Source of the DNA: an uncultured Planctomycetaceae bacterium
GTDB lineage: Bacteria; Planctomycetota; Planctomycetia; Planctomycetales; Planctomycetaceae
Assembly (NCBI GenBank): GCA_963815195.1
Contig: CAWFGE010000020.1
Coordinates: 288,001-352,000, forward strand
DNA: 64,000 nucleotides
Reading direction: 5' to 3'
Below are positions 35,272-46,655 of the stretch, piece after piece. A program made the position numbers and the translations under genes. Position 1 is the stretch's first letter. The number at the start of each line of letters is the position of its first letter. The notes below the pieces were generated by a model, which saw only the letters and a list, made by a program, of their open reading frames with translations, was not told where the DNA came from and made no database searches.

Positions 35272-38200
35272 ATGAGTCTGAAGAATTCGCCGAGCGAATT
35301 GTTGTCGGAATCCGTGCCGGAAGAGGACGCCCTGGCGCTCTTGCGGTCGGTGAATTTTGAGCGGCCGGAAGAGGCGCTCGGGCGGCTGCGGGGAATGCCT
35401 CAAGATGCCGCCGGCTTGAAGGCGCTCGGGGAATCCCTGCCCATGCTGCTGCATGCGCTGTCCGGCGCGGCCACGCCCGACGGCTCGCTGGTCAACTTCG
35501 AGCGGTTCGTGCAATGCGTCGAGGACCGCAACGGCCTGTTCCGATATCTGGCGGCCTATCCGCGGGCGGTCGAGATCTTGATCAAGCTGTTCGTGGGCAG
35601 CCAGTTTTTGACGGAAATCCTCCTGCGGAATCCGGAATATCTCGCCAAGCTCACCAACCACAAACGGCTCGCGGAATTCAAAAGCCGGGATCAGTTTTAC
35701 AGCGAAGCCCAAGCCGCCGCCGCGGAGTTCGCGGACATGCCCGACAAGCTGGACGCCCTCCGCCGCTGCCAGCATTGGGAACTCCTCCGCATCGGAGCCT
35801 GCGACGCGTTTGGGCTGTTGGATTTGAAGTCGGTCACCGTGCAGTTGTCGCTGCTCACCGACAGCATCGTGCAGGCGTGCCTGGCCTTGATGGCCGGCGA
35901 CCTCGAACTTTCGCTCGACGGATTTGTCGTGCTGGCGTTCGGGAAGCTGGGCGGGGAAGAACTCAATTACAGCTCCGACATCGATCTGGTGTTTCTCGCC
36001 GGCAGCGACGCCACCCGCTATTGGCCCTTAGGCCAGAAGCTGATCAAAGCCCTCACCGAAGCGACCGGCGAAGGGTTTTTGTACCGCGTGGACATGAGGC
36101 TTAGGCCGTGGGGCAAATCGGGGGCCCTCGTGAATACCGTCGATTCCCATTTGCAGTACCTGCAAAAGCACGGCCGGCATTGGGAAATGCAAGCCCTCCT
36201 CAAAGCCCGGCCGATCGCGGGGAACCTCGCCGTGGGCCGGGAGTTTCTGCTGCGCGTGCGGCCGTTGATGTTCGGCACGCCGATCGAGGAACTCCGCCAG
36301 AGTGTTCGCGGCATGAAGGACCGCATCGAAGCCGAGCTCAAAAAACAAGGCCGGAAATGGGGCGAGGTCAAAGCCGGCACCGGTTCGATTCGGGACGTGG
36401 AATTCACCACGCAGTTTCTCCAGCTCGCGCACGGCGGAAAGCATCCCGAAGTCCTCAGCTTCAACACCTTGGACGGCCTCGTGCGGCTTGCGGACTTTGG
36501 ATTCATCCAGGCCGATGAATACCGCCAACTGACCAGCGGCTATGTCTTTTTGCGGACGGTCGAGCATGCGTTGCAGCTCATGCACCACAAACAGACGCAT
36601 TCGCTCCCGGAAAGCCAGCGCGAATTGGCCTACCTGGCCCGCAGGCTGGATTATCCCAACGCGAAAGAGTTCTTGCTGCATTACGAACGCCACTGCACCG
36701 CGATCCGCCGGGTTTACGAACGCTACATCGGCGGTGTGGACCGCCCGCCCGAAAGCGAACTCCGGGCCCCGTCCGATCAACTGCTGAGCCACTTGGAGCA
36801 CATGGAGCCTTCGTATGTCGAGACCTTCTCAGAGAACGAAATCGCCCAGCATGCGAAAATGCTGGGTCGGCTTTCCCCGGACAACCTCATCGAAATCCAA
36901 GCCGAGGCGCTGAGCGACAAACTCTGGAAAGTCACGCTCGCGGGCTACGACTTGCCCGGCGACTTGTCCATGATCTGCGGCCTGTTTTTTGTGTATGGGT
37001 TTAATATCGTCGGCGGGAACGTCTTCACCGAAGAATCCTTCGTGGGCTCCGCCCACGCCCGGCGCCGGGCCGCGGGGGAATCAAACCTCAAAGGCGGTTT
37101 GTGAACGTGTTCTCGGTTCGGCCGCCGCTCGATCTCGTGTTGGACAAGGTCTGGCAGCGGTACCACGGCGACCTGGTGGAATTGCTCCACTTGATCGCCC
37201 AAGGCGAGCAGCGCAAAGCCCAGGGCAAGCTGGCCAAACGCATGGCCGTCGGACTGCGGTCGATCCCCAGTCCGCCGCCCGTGCTGTTTCCCGTCGATAT
37301 CGAAATCGACAACGACAGCTCCGAGAATTACACCGTGATGCACATCCGCGGCACGGACACCATCGGCTTTCTGTATGAGTTATCCAACGCCCTCAACCTC
37401 GCGGAAATCGACATCGCCCGCGTCATCATCAGTCTCGGTCGGGGACAGCGTGTTCGATACGCTGTACGTCACCGATCAGAACAAGCTCAAGATCACCGAT
37501 GAGAGCCGGCTCAAAGAACTCCGGGCGGCGGTCGTGCTCATCAAACACTTCACCCATTTGCTGCCCGGCTCTCCCAACCCCGAGACGGCACTACTCCAGT
37601 TTCGCGAGCTTTTGGAAGAGCTGTTCAAGCGCGAAAACTGGTACGAAGAGTTGTCTTCGCTCAACCGCTTCGACGTGCTCGACGCCCTGGCCCGTTTGCT
37701 CGGCGTGAGCACGTTTTTGTGGGAGGATTTTTTGCGGCTGCAGCACGAGAATCTGTTTCCCGTGGTCACCGACACCGAAGCCTTGGCCCACCGCAAACCC
37801 AAAGCCGACCTGGAACGGGAACTCGGCGCGCTTTTGGAAAAGGCCGGGGATTTCGACGCCCGCACCGCCGAGCTCAACGCCTTCAAGGACCGCGAAATGT
37901 TCCGCACCGACATGCGGCACATCATGGGCTACATCGGCGGGTTCGGGGAGTTCTCGGAAGAACTGGCGGACGTCGCTGACGCCGTCGTCGCCGGAGCCAC
38001 GCAGATTTGCAGCGTCGAATTGCAGAAACGCTTCGGTGTGCCGCGGTTGGAGAGCGGCGGCATCGCCCCCTTGTCCATTTGCGCCTTGGGCAAATGCGGC
38101 GGGCGGGAATTGGGATACGCTTCGGACATCGAATTGATGTTCCTTTACGAAGACGCCGGCTGGACCGACGGGGCAGAGTCCATCACCGTGGCGGAGTATT

Positions 38201-38925
38201 ATCAGCGGCTGGTGGAGCTGTTTCGGCAGACCATCAAAGCCCGGCAGGAGGGGATTTTTCAGGTGGACTTAAGGCTCAGACCCTACGGGCGGGCCGGGAG
38301 CCTGGCCGTCTCGCTCGATGCGTTCCAGCAATACTTCGGACCCGACGGAGCCGCCTGGCCTTACGAACGCCAGGCCCTCGTCAAGCTTCGCCCCGTCGCG
38401 GGCGATCGCAACTTCGGCGAACGGATCACCGCGATCCGCGATCAACTCATTTACACCGGCGAACCGTTCGACGTGGCCGCGATGCGCGGCATGCGGGAAA
38501 AGCAAGTCCTGCAACTCGTCAAAGCCGAGACGATCAACGCCAAGCTCAGCCCCGGCGGACTCGTGGACTGCGAATACCTCGTGCAAGGCCTGCAAATTAC
38601 GCACGGCCACCGCCATCCCGGCTTGAGAACCACGAATACTCTCAAAGCCCTCTCCGCGCTCGCGGACTTGGGAATCATTTCCGCCGTCGATTACGCCGAG
38701 CTTCGCGAAGCCTACATTTTTCTGAGGCGGCTGATCGACGGCCTCCGCATGGTCCGCGGGCACGCCAAAGACCTCACCGTCCCCCCGCCCGACAGCGAGG
38801 AGTTCGAATTCCTGGCCCGGAGGCTCGGCTACGGCAACGACGCCGCCCGCCTCAAACGCAACCTCGACCGCTCCACCGAATGCGTCCGCGAACTCAGCCT
38901 CCTCCTGGAACCCGCCGCCCCATAA
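35272..38925 (+). CDS. glnE: Glutamine synthetase adenylyltransferase GlnE-like, with central ACT-like domains (frameshifts near 37090 and 37435)
   Basis: Two nucleotidyltransferase motifs: GKLGGEELNYSSDIDL with VDMRLRPWG, and GKCGGRELGYASDIEL with VDLRLRPYG. Confidence 0.88.
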
Positions 38926-39103
38926 CAGCCGGAAACAGGAATCATAACCCACCCCGCATCTGTTCCCGGGTCGCGGAACGCAGCGGCCGTTCAAAGGGTG
39001 GGCAATACTCTTTACAAGTCGCAACGTTTCGATATATTGTAATAATGTCATCGATCGTCGAGACCCCAATTCGCCATCATCATCGAGCCACTGAGGATCA
39101 ACC

Positions 39104-39661
39104 ATGAAGCAGAATTATCGCCTGGGAGTTTTTGTCGCCTGTTTGGTTGCCGTTGTGATGGCCGCGGCCGCAAAGCCGAAATCCGACGACTCGGAATCGC
39201 CCCGGATCGAAGGGCACGGCCGGGTGACGCCGTTTCCCGATGCCCCGGAGCAACCCCGCGACGGCTCGAAGTTTGTCGTCGATCTCACCGCGGGCGGACC
39301 CCCCAAAGAACTCAGCAAAGGTCTGGACAAGGTCGCCCGGTTTGTGAACATCTACAGCCAGGCGGGAAAAAAGCCGGCCCGCGCCCGAATCAGCGTGGTG
39401 CTCCACGGCGATGCCACGAACTTGGCTTTGAACGATGCCGCTTACGCCGCCGCATTTCAAACCGAGGCCAATCCGAATTTGCCCTTGCTGCGGGAACTCC
39501 AGAAAGCCGGCGTCGAGTTTGTGGTGTGCGGCCAGGCGCTCACGCTCAAGGGTTATCAGCCCAAGCAAGCGGCTGAGGAAGTCCAAGTGGCCGTGTCCGG
39601 CTTGACGGCTCTCGTCAATCGCCAGGAGGACGGCTACGCCTATGTCCCGCTGACGAAGTAG
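39104..39661 (+). CDS. Exported DsrE family protein
   Basis: Signal peptide; VVLHGDA, NPNLPLLRELQKAGVEFVVCGQAL, QEDGYAY. Confidence 0.85.
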   Translation: MKQNYRLGVFVACLVAVVMAAAAKPKSDDSESPRIEGHGRVTPFPDAPEQPRDGSKFVVDLTAGGPPKELSKGLDKVARFVNIYSQAGKKPARARISVVLHGDATNLALNDAAYAAAFQTEANPNLPLLRELQKAGVEFVVCGQALTLKGYQPKQAAEEVQVAVSGLTALVNRQEDGYAYVPLTK

Positions 39662-39789
39662 CCTCGACCATCGGGACCCGGAGGCGACGGCATCGGCGCT
39701 CACATCACGGGGGGCAGTTTGTCGATTCAGCGGTTTCTGGATTCGACGCCATTCGCGACAAACTGACCCGCAAATTCGGCTTCAATGCA

Positions 39790-40688
39790 CTATTCGATGA
39801 TTTTGTTGATCGAGTATTCCACGATGCCCCGCGCGCCCGCGGCTTTGAGTTTGGGGATAATCGTGCGGACGAAGGACTCCGCCACGATCGCCGTGACATC
39901 CACCCAATCCGGATCGGACAGCGACGACACCGTAGGCGATTGAAGCGCGGGCAGTTGACCCAAAACTTCCTGCAGATTGTCCCGGCGGACGTTCATCATC
40001 AGCCCGACTTTGCCCTCCGCGGCGAGGCAGGATTCCAGCATGAGCGCGATGTTGTCCAGCTTTTCGCGAATCCAGGGGTCTTCGTAGGATTTTCTGTTGG
40101 CGATGAAGCGGGTCGTGCTTTGGATGACCTCGGCCACGATCCGCAGGTTGTTCGCCCGCAGCGAATTTCCGGTCTCGGTGACTTCCACGATCGCATCGGC
40201 CAATCGCGGCGGCTTGACTTCGGTCGCGCCCAGGAAAACTCCACCTTCGCGGTGACGCCGTGCTTTTCGAGGAAGCGCTTCGTAAGGCCCACGGCTTCCG
40301 TGGCGATCCGTTTTCCTTCCAGATCCTTCACGGTCTTCACTGGGGAATCTTCCGGCACGCAGAGCACCCACCGCACCGGGCGGCGGCTGACTTTCGAGAA
40401 CACCAGCTCGCAAATCTCATAAACGTCGGCTTCGGTTTCCAAGACCCAATCGTGCCCCGTGATCCCGGCATCCAAAATGCCTTCCTCGACGTACCGGGCC
40501 ATCTCCTGGGCGCGGATCAACAGGCATTCGATGTCCTCATCGTCGATGTCGGGATAATACGAGCGCGAGGAGAATTTGATCTTGTAACCCGCCCGGCGAA
40601 AAAGCTCCGCGGTCGCGTCCTGCAAGCTTCCCGCAGGAATCCCGAGCTTCAGCCGACGCTTAGTTTCTGTGGTTTCGGTGTCCGACAT
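39790..40688 (-). CDS. hisG: ATP phosphoribosyltransferase, long form (frameshift near 40230)
   Basis: [44 protein letters not shown]-terminal regulatory domain (PALQSPTVS). Confidence 0.95.
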
Positions 40689-40703
40689 TGTGCTTTCTTA
40701 ACC

Positions 40704-40770
40704 AGTAGGGTGGGCACCGCCCACCAATGCAAAGCCAATTTGAAATCTGGTGGGCGGTGCCCACCCTACT
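40704..40770. repeat. GTAG-type REP doublet (REPIN-like)
   Basis: Perfect 23-bp inverted repeat AGTAGGGTGGGCACCGCCCACCA (40704-40726 / 40748-40770). Confidence 0.85.
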
Positions 40771-40843
40771 TTTACTTCGTTTCTGTGGTTTCGGTGTCCG
40801 ACATGGTTTCTCTTAGAAATTGCAGGTCCCAGATTCTTCGTTA

Positions 40844-41164
40844 TTAATCTTCGTCGGTATAGGAACCTTCGATGGAGTGCTTCTCGTCCGCGAGATTTTC
40901 AAGAAACTCCTGTCGGATCCTGGCGATAATCCAGCGCTCCGACCAATCATGGCTCTGATGTAAACCGTTGGCGACGTGACGAGCCAAATCAGCGAGCAGA
41001 TGCCCCCAGACCTCGGGTTCCTTTCTTCCATCGTCTTCCGAATCTTGCCGCAGGCCGCCCAACAATATTGAGACATGGAGTTCCCCATGGGCGAGCCAAA
41101 CGCGGATCATCTCCGTGGCATCGTCATCTCCCGCAATCTCCGGTGGCTTATCGAGTTCGTGCAT
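40844..41164 (-). CDS. DUF5076-like small protein
   Basis: EMIRVWLA and WGHLLADLARHVAN motifs. Confidence 0.7.
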   Translation of the reverse strand: MHELDKPPEIAGDDDATEMIRVWLAHGELHVSILLGGLRQDSEDDGRKEPEVWGHLLADLARHVANGLHQSHDWSERWIIARIRQEFLENLADEKHSIEGSYTDED

Positions 41165-41172
41165 GCTGATCG

Positions 41173-41574
41173 TTACTTCTTGTTATAAACCGCCTTGGGA
41201 TCGAACACGCGTTCGCCGATGACGCTGATTTCCTTCGTCGCGGGGTCGATCTGGCGGAAGAAGCAGCTTTTGTAGCCTTCGTGGCAGGCGGCACCGCCGA
41301 CTTGCTCGACTTGGATCAACACCGTATCGCGGTCGCAGTCGAAATAAATGGCTTTGACGTTTTGGACGTTGCCGCTCTCTTCGCCTTTCCGCCAGAGCTT
41401 GTTTCGGCTGCGGCTATAGTAGCAGACTCTGCCCGTCTTGAGCGTTTCGTTCCAGGCTTCGCGGTTCATATACGCCAGCATCAATACGTCCCCGTTGCCG
41501 GCATCCTGGGCGATCACGGGAATCAGCGGCGACTTCTCAAAATCCGGCTCGTTTGCTTGCTCAGTCACAATCAA
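41173..41574 (-). CDS. hisI: Phosphoribosyl-AMP cyclohydrolase
   Basis: [29 protein letters not shown] and [10 protein letters not shown] motifs. Confidence 0.97.
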   Translation of the reverse strand: MIVTEQANEPDFEKSPLIPVIAQDAGNGDVLMLAYMNREAWNETLKTGRVCYYSRSRNKLWRKGEESGNVQNVKAIYFDCDRDTVLIQVEQVGGAACHEGYKSCFFRQIDPATKEISVIGERVFDPKAVYNKK

Positions 41575-41809
41575 AATCCTCGGTTGTTTTATCGCTGTTT
41601 CAATGCAATTCTTCGCGTCTTGGTGGTAAAGACGTTTTCGGGCATTCTCACTTCCCCCATTCGGCCCGTTCGCCTAGTATCTGCGCTATTGACGGAACTT
41701 GCAAGCACCCCTCGCCGGGGCTTTTTCCTGTTTTTTGAGATGCAGCCCGGCGAGCGCGGCGAATTTCAATCGAAAACTGAGAACCCGAACCGAAAGGAGT
41801 TTTTCTTCG

Positions 41810-42421
41810 ATGGCCGAACAAAAAGCAACCAACGTCACCTGGCACGAGCACCATGTTTCCAAGGCGGAACGTGAAAAACTCAACGGGCACCCGGGCAGCG
41901 TGCTGTGGTTCACGGGGTTGTCCGGCTGCGGCAAAAGCACCGTCGCCAACACCGTCGACCACATTTTGTACTCCCAAGGCAAACGCAGCTTCGTCCTCGA
42001 CGGCGACAATGTCCGCATGGGCCTGAACAAAAATCTGGGCTTCTCGCCGGAAGACCGGACCGAAAATATCCGCCGCATCGGCGAAGTCGCCAAGCTGTTC
42101 GCGAGTGCGGGGATCATCACGAGCACGGCGTTCATTTCCCCCTACAAAGCCGACCGCGACCTGGTCCGCGAACTTCTTCAGCCGGGCGAGTTCATTGAAA
42201 TCTACGTGAAGGCGTCGCTGGAAACCTGCGAAGCCCGCGATCCCAAGGGCCTTTATAAAAAAGCCCGCGCCGGGGAAATCAAAGGTTTTACGGGCATCGA
42301 CGCCCCCTACGAAGCCCCCGAAAGCCCGGAATTGGTCCTGGACTCCGACAGCAAAGGCATCGACGAACTGGCCCAGGAAGTCGTGGCGTACCTGGAAAGC
42401 CACAAACGGCTTTCGCTGTGA
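41810..42421 (+). CDS. cysC: Adenylyl-sulfate kinase
   Basis: [54 protein letters not shown] upstream. Confidence 0.97.
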   Translation: MAEQKATNVTWHEHHVSKAEREKLNGHPGSVLWFTGLSGCGKSTVANTVDHILYSQGKRSFVLDGDNVRMGLNKNLGFSPEDRTENIRRIGEVAKLFASAGIITSTAFISPYKADRDLVRELLQPGEFIEIYVKASLETCEARDPKGLYKKARAGEIKGFTGIDAPYEAPESPELVLDSDSKGIDELAQEVVAYLESHKRLSL

Positions 42422-42436
42422 GTCGTTTCGGCCAAC

Positions 42437-43783
42437 TCACCATTCGATCCGCTCGAACAATCGCATCAACTTGGCTCCGCGACTGGGGTTGATCGCGGCT
42501 TGATAGGCGATCAATCCTTGCAAATGGGCTTGAAAGTGCGCGCGGCCGGAGCGGTTTTGTCTCTTGGGGCCGTGCCGAATGCAGTTGAACAGAATCGCCC
42601 GCAGGCGGTCGTAATCATCCCGGCGGAGGTTGGGCCGCTGATTGAGCACGAGGCCACAGGCTTCCTGCCGAGCGGCTTGGCTCATCACGCGGGTCTTTCG
42701 GTGGCGGATTTCAAACCCTTCATTGAGCACGATGGCGCAAACCGAAATGCGAAAGCGTCCCAGGCTCCGCCGAAAATCGCGGCCGCCGGAAAACACCAGA
42801 TCGTCGGCATATCGCGTGTAGTTCGCGCCGGCTTTGCGGGCCAATCCGCTGAGCCGGCAGTCCAAACGGTAAGCCGCGAGGTTGGCGAGCGTGGGCGAGG
42901 TCGGTGCTCCCTGAGGCAAGTGTGGATTGCCGTATTGTTCCGCCAACCGGCGGTACGGATCGAGATCCAGTGAGTCGTTCAGTTCCTCAACGATTTCGGA
43001 AGGGACCGAGTTCGTGCAAAGTCCGGTCAACAACTCGGCGACCGCTTCGGGATAACCGGTCCAGCGAAACAGCGAGCGAACGCGGGCCCTGTGAATCGAA
43101 GGAAAGAAATGCCGCAGGTCCAAATGCAGCACAACCTGCTGCCCGGCGTGCGGCTCGACATAAGTCAAAACCGAACGGCCGCTGCGAAACGCGTGCGCTG
43201 CTTCGTGGGCGGGGATGCGGCCGACGATTTCTTTGAGGATGCGGCGCTGGATGTTTTTTAAGAGCGGCTTGGGTTCTTCGATCAAGCGGTATCCGGGGCC
43301 GCGTTTGGGCAGCCAGCGGTAACGGTAATGCCTGAGTTTTTCATTTGGCCGAAAGCGCTCGCGCCCGAAGCAATCCGCCAGCCAATCCAGGCGGGAAGGA
43401 CTGACCGACAACCAATCCGCCAAATCGCCGGGCGTGACCAACTCCGGCAGGTTCCAACCGGCGGGAAGACCTCGGCCGGGAATCATCTGCGGCCGAGGAA
43501 CGGCCAAGGTATCGATTTCGAGCCCATCGTTGAGTTCGAGTTCGCAAATTTTCTCCCACAAGATTGGATCGTGATTCAGGAAATCCACAAGCAGTCGCTG
43601 GGGGGGCGGCAAGGCATTGGCATCAAAGCGAGCCAGGATTCTTCGCGCGAAGGGTGCGATCCACCGGGCCCTGGGATCGGGCTGCAATGCTTTCTTGAGC
43701 CGATCGATCAACGCGTCGATCGTCCACGGACCGGACAAAATCACGATTGCCAGCCGGCGACTGAAAACCTTGCGATGCGTCAT
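42437..43783 (-). CDS. Retron-type reverse transcriptase with N-terminal extension (448 aa)
   Basis: RLIEEPK, HEAAHAF, LDLRHFFPSI, LPQGAPTSPTLAN and YTRYADDLVFSG motifs; region-Y-like QEACGLVLN. Confidence 0.92.
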   Translation of the reverse strand: MTHRKVFSRRLAIVILSGPWTIDALIDRLKKALQPDPRARWIAPFARRILARFDANALPPPQRLLVDFLNHDPILWEKICELELNDGLEIDTLAVPRPQMIPGRGLPAGWNLPELVTPGDLADWLSVSPSRLDWLADCFGRERFRPNEKLRHYRYRWLPKRGPGYRLIEEPKPLLKNIQRRILKEIVGRIPAHEAAHAFRSGRSVLTYVEPHAGQQVVLHLDLRHFFPSIHRARVRSLFRWTGYPEAVAELLTGLCTNSVPSEIVEELNDSLDLDPYRRLAEQYGNPHLPQGAPTSPTLANLAAYRLDCRLSGLARKAGANYTRYADDLVFSGGRDFRRSLGRFRISVCAIVLNEGFEIRHRKTRVMSQAARQEACGLVLNQRPNLRRDDYDRLRAILFNCIRHGPKRQNRSGRAHFQAHLQGLIAYQAAINPSRGAKLMRLFERIEW

Positions 43784-43800
43784 TGGGGAATTGGCGAAAA

Positions 43801-43974
43801 AAAACGGGCGGCACGTCCCACCTGGTCTGGTCACGCGTGAATTATGCTCCACAACGTGGAGGGGCATTCACGCCACGGAACGGTTCGGTTGGAAACAATC
43901 CCCGGGGTTGCCCCGGAGAGGAAAACTTCACCCGCAGGCAAAATCTTCCCACTTGAGACGTGCCGCCCGGTTTT
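43801..43974 (-). ncRNA. Putative retron msr-msd ncRNA
   Basis: 13-bp perfect IR CGGGCGGCACGTC (43805-43817 / 43957-43969); two msr-like hairpins (43920-43949, 43899-43919); msd-like hairpin (43835-43873); lies directly 5' of the RT. Confidence 0.8.
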
Positions 43975-43975
43975 G

Positions 43976-44004
43976 AATCTACGTCCACGATCGCAGCTTG
44001 TCAA
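43976..44004 (-). promoter_or_regulatory. Putative sigma70 promoter of the retron
   Basis: Minus strand TTGACA (44004-43999), N17, TAGATT (43981-43976). This puts the start site at the first IR arm. Confidence 0.75.
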
Positions 44005-44286
44005 TTTGCGCGATCGAAAGGTCGATTTGAGTCCTCACGGCCGGCGGGCACGCAAAAAGGCTGACTCTGTGGATTGTGCCACCAAGAAGGATTCTTTGGG
44101 CCAAAGGCCAAATCGCTTTCAGAAAACTCCGCCCCGGCCATGATGGACGCCGAGAATAAGTTATCGTACATTCCATTGCGGGTGAATCGGCGCTCGGCAT
44201 CCGTCCGAAAAGAAAGAAGAGCGGACCGCCGCCGGGCGATTTCCACCCCTCGAAGTCAAACGACACAACTCCCTGAACAGGCCAAT

Positions 44287-46473
44287 ATGCCTCCGGTTCA
44301 TCTTGCGATACTTTGGCATCAGCATCAGCCCTATTATCCCGACGATGTGAGCGGGGAAACCTTGATGCCCTGGGTTCGCCTGCACGGGACCAAAGACTAC
44401 TTCGGCATGGCCCGGCACCTTTTGGAAGTCCCGGAGTTCCGCTGCACGATCAACCTCGTGCCCAGCCTGCTCGTGCAGATTTTGAGATACACCGAACAGG
44501 GCGGCAGCGATCGGCATTTGGATTTGTCCCGCTTGCCCGCCGACAGCTTCACCGCTTCCGACCGGCGGGAACTGTTGTCGGCCGGTTTTATGGCCAACCC
44601 GGAAAGCATGATCCGACCGTATCCGCGGTATCAGGAACTTCTGCTCAAGCGCGGCGTCGATCCCGTGGAAAAAGCCGCCGCCCGCTTTTCCGAAGCGGAC
44701 CTCCGCGATCTTCAGTGCTGGAGCAATCTCACCTGGATTCATGAACTCGCTTTTGAAGACGATCCCGAACTCCGCGAGTTCCGCAAGAAAGGCAAAGGCT
44801 ACAGCGAAAGCGAAAAAGCCTGGCTTCTCGATCGGCAGATGGCGATTCTCCGGCAGGTGATTCCGCTCCACAAGAAGCTCGCGGAATCGGGGCAGGTGGA
44901 ACTCACGACCACGCCGTTTTATCATCCTATCCTGCCGCTCTTGTGGGACAAGACCTCGGCCCGGCAGGCCATGCCCGATTGCCCGCTGCCCCGGTACGTG
45001 GACCGCTACCCGGAAGATGCCCGCCGGCATCTGGGGCGGGGCGCGGCGTTTCACGAAAAGATTTTTGGGAAGCCGCCGCGGGGCCTGTGGCCTTCGGAAG
45101 GTTCAGTCTCACAGGACATCTTGGAGGCCATCACCGAAGTCGGCATCGAATGGATCGCCACCGATGAGGAAATCCTCGCCCACTCCACGGGCGGCCGGGT
45201 CGCGCGGGACGGGCAAGGCCACGCAACGCATCCCGAACTCTTGTATCGGCCCTGGAATGTCGAAGCCGGCACGAAGCCGTTGCAGATCGTGTTTCGCGAT
45301 CACGGTCTGAGCGATTTGATCGGCTTTCATTACCAGCGGAGCGAACCCCATCATGCGGTGCAGGACCTCATCGGCCGCGTGCTCGCCATCGGGCGGGCGG
45401 TCAGCGCCGAAGGCAGCCACCGGCCCGCCTTGGTGCCGATCATTCTGGACGGCGAGAACTGCTGGGAATACTACCCGGACGGCGGCGTGGATTTTCTCCG
45501 TCGGCTTTACCGCGACGCGGTCCGCAACGAACGCCTCCGCCCCGTGACGATCAGCGAGAGCCTCAAGGAGTTTCCCGCGACCGACACGATCGGCCGATTG
45601 TTCGCGGGCAGCTGGATTTCGCACAACTTCGCGATCTGGATCGGCCATCACGAAGACAACACCGCCTGGGATCTCCTGCACATGACCCGCGAGTTTTTGA
45701 AGGAAACCGCCGCCGCGGGCACGGCCGAGCCCGAGGCTTTGGAGAAAGCCCAGAACGAACTCGACATTGCCGAAGGCAGCGATTGGTTCTGGTGGTTCGG
45801 AGACGATCATTCGTCGGCCCAGGATGCGCTGTTCGATGAACTGTTTCGCCGGCATTTGAGCAACGTCTATCGGCTCTTGGGCAGCAATCCGCCCAACGCC
45901 CTTCGCCGGCCGATCACGCGGGCCGATCATCGGTTGCTCCACACGCAGCCAACGGGTTTGTTGCGGGTGAAGGTCACCGGGCGGGCCACGTATTTTGAAT
46001 GGATCAGCGCGGGGAAATACACGAGCGGCAGCGAGCGCGGCACGATGACGCTCGTCACCGAAGGATTGATCAAAGGGCTGCACTTCGGCTTCGACCCGGA
46101 GCGGCTGTTGATCCGGGCCGACACCAACGGCCGCGCGAAAGACGCGTTTCGCTCGGTGGACGAAGTGCGGGTGCGGTTCCAAGAGCCGGCCCAAACGGAG
46201 ATTCGCATCACCGGAGCGAACACCCGCCAGCCGGCCGCCGCACTGTTTCGCCAGCAGAAAGAAGTCAACAAAGCCAAGGTGGAAGCCGCGATCGACACGC
46301 TAGTCGAGATCGGCGTGTCGCGGGCCGATTTGAACGTCGACGTGGGGGACCGGGTTTCGTTCTTCGTGGATTGCCTGAGCAAAAACCGCAGCCTCGACCG
46401 GGCTCCCCAGGAAGGTTTGATCGAACTCACGGTCCCCTCGCCGGATTTTGAGTTGTTCATGTGGCAGGTGTGA
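44287..46473 (+). CDS. Glycoside hydrolase family 57 (amylopullulanase-like)
   Basis: [36 protein letters not shown] and AEGSDWFWW motifs. Confidence 0.92.
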   Translation: MPPVHLAILWHQHQPYYPDDVSGETLMPWVRLHGTKDYFGMARHLLEVPEFRCTINLVPSLLVQILRYTEQGGSDRHLDLSRLPADSFTASDRRELLSAGFMANPESMIRPYPRYQELLLKRGVDPVEKAAARFSEADLRDLQCWSNLTWIHELAFEDDPELREFRKKGKGYSESEKAWLLDRQMAILRQVIPLHKKLAESGQVELTTTPFYHPILPLLWDKTSARQAMPDCPLPRYVDRYPEDARRHLGRGAAFHEKIFGKPPRGLWPSEGSVSQDILEAITEVGIEWIATDEEILAHSTGGRVARDGQGHATHPELLYRPWNVEAGTKPLQIVFRDHGLSDLIGFHYQRSEPHHAVQDLIGRVLAIGRAVSAEGSHRPALVPIILDGENCWEYYPDGGVDFLRRLYRDAVRNERLRPVTISESLKEFPATDTIGRLFAGSWISHNFAIWIGHHEDNTAWDLLHMTREFLKETAAAGTAEPEALEKAQNELDIAEGSDWFWWFGDDHSSAQDALFDELFRRHLSNVYRLLGSNPPNALRRPITRADHRLLHTQPTGLLRVKVTGRATYFEWISAGKYTSGSERGTMTLVTEGLIKGLHFGFDPERLLIRADTNGRAKDAFRSVDEVRVRFQEPAQTEIRITGANTRQPAAALFRQQKEVNKAKVEAAIDTLVEIGVSRADLNVDVGDRVSFFVDCLSKNRSLDRAPQEGLIELTVPSPDFELFMWQV

Positions 46474-46655
46474 GCGGAGGAATATATTAGCCGGCACGCG
46501 CTCGCGTCCGGTCCAGCGAACGTCAGAGAAAATGGCAGAAACCGGCGGCGAGCTAGCGCCCTGCGGGGAATTTTTGGGAAAGCCACCAAAACTCAGCCGG
46601 TGAGCGGAGAGCCAAGAGCCGGAAGCAAACAGAAGCAAGAGACGAAGAATAGGTT

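Noticed and set aside
40770..40804. his operon attenuator leader peptide
   Set aside because: The mini-ORF has no His codons and is a copy of the hisG start.
42437..43783. RT as group II intron, DGR or CRISPR-associated RT
   Set aside because: No maturase/endonuclease domain or intron domain V is evident, and there is no TR/VR pair, avd gene or cas1. The upstream a1/a2-bounded RNA and motifs fit a retron.
43784..43867. ORF-track N-terminal extension of the RT (start 43867)
   Set aside because: It overlaps the msd hairpin and IR arm. ATG 43783, just after the ncRNA, is more plausible.
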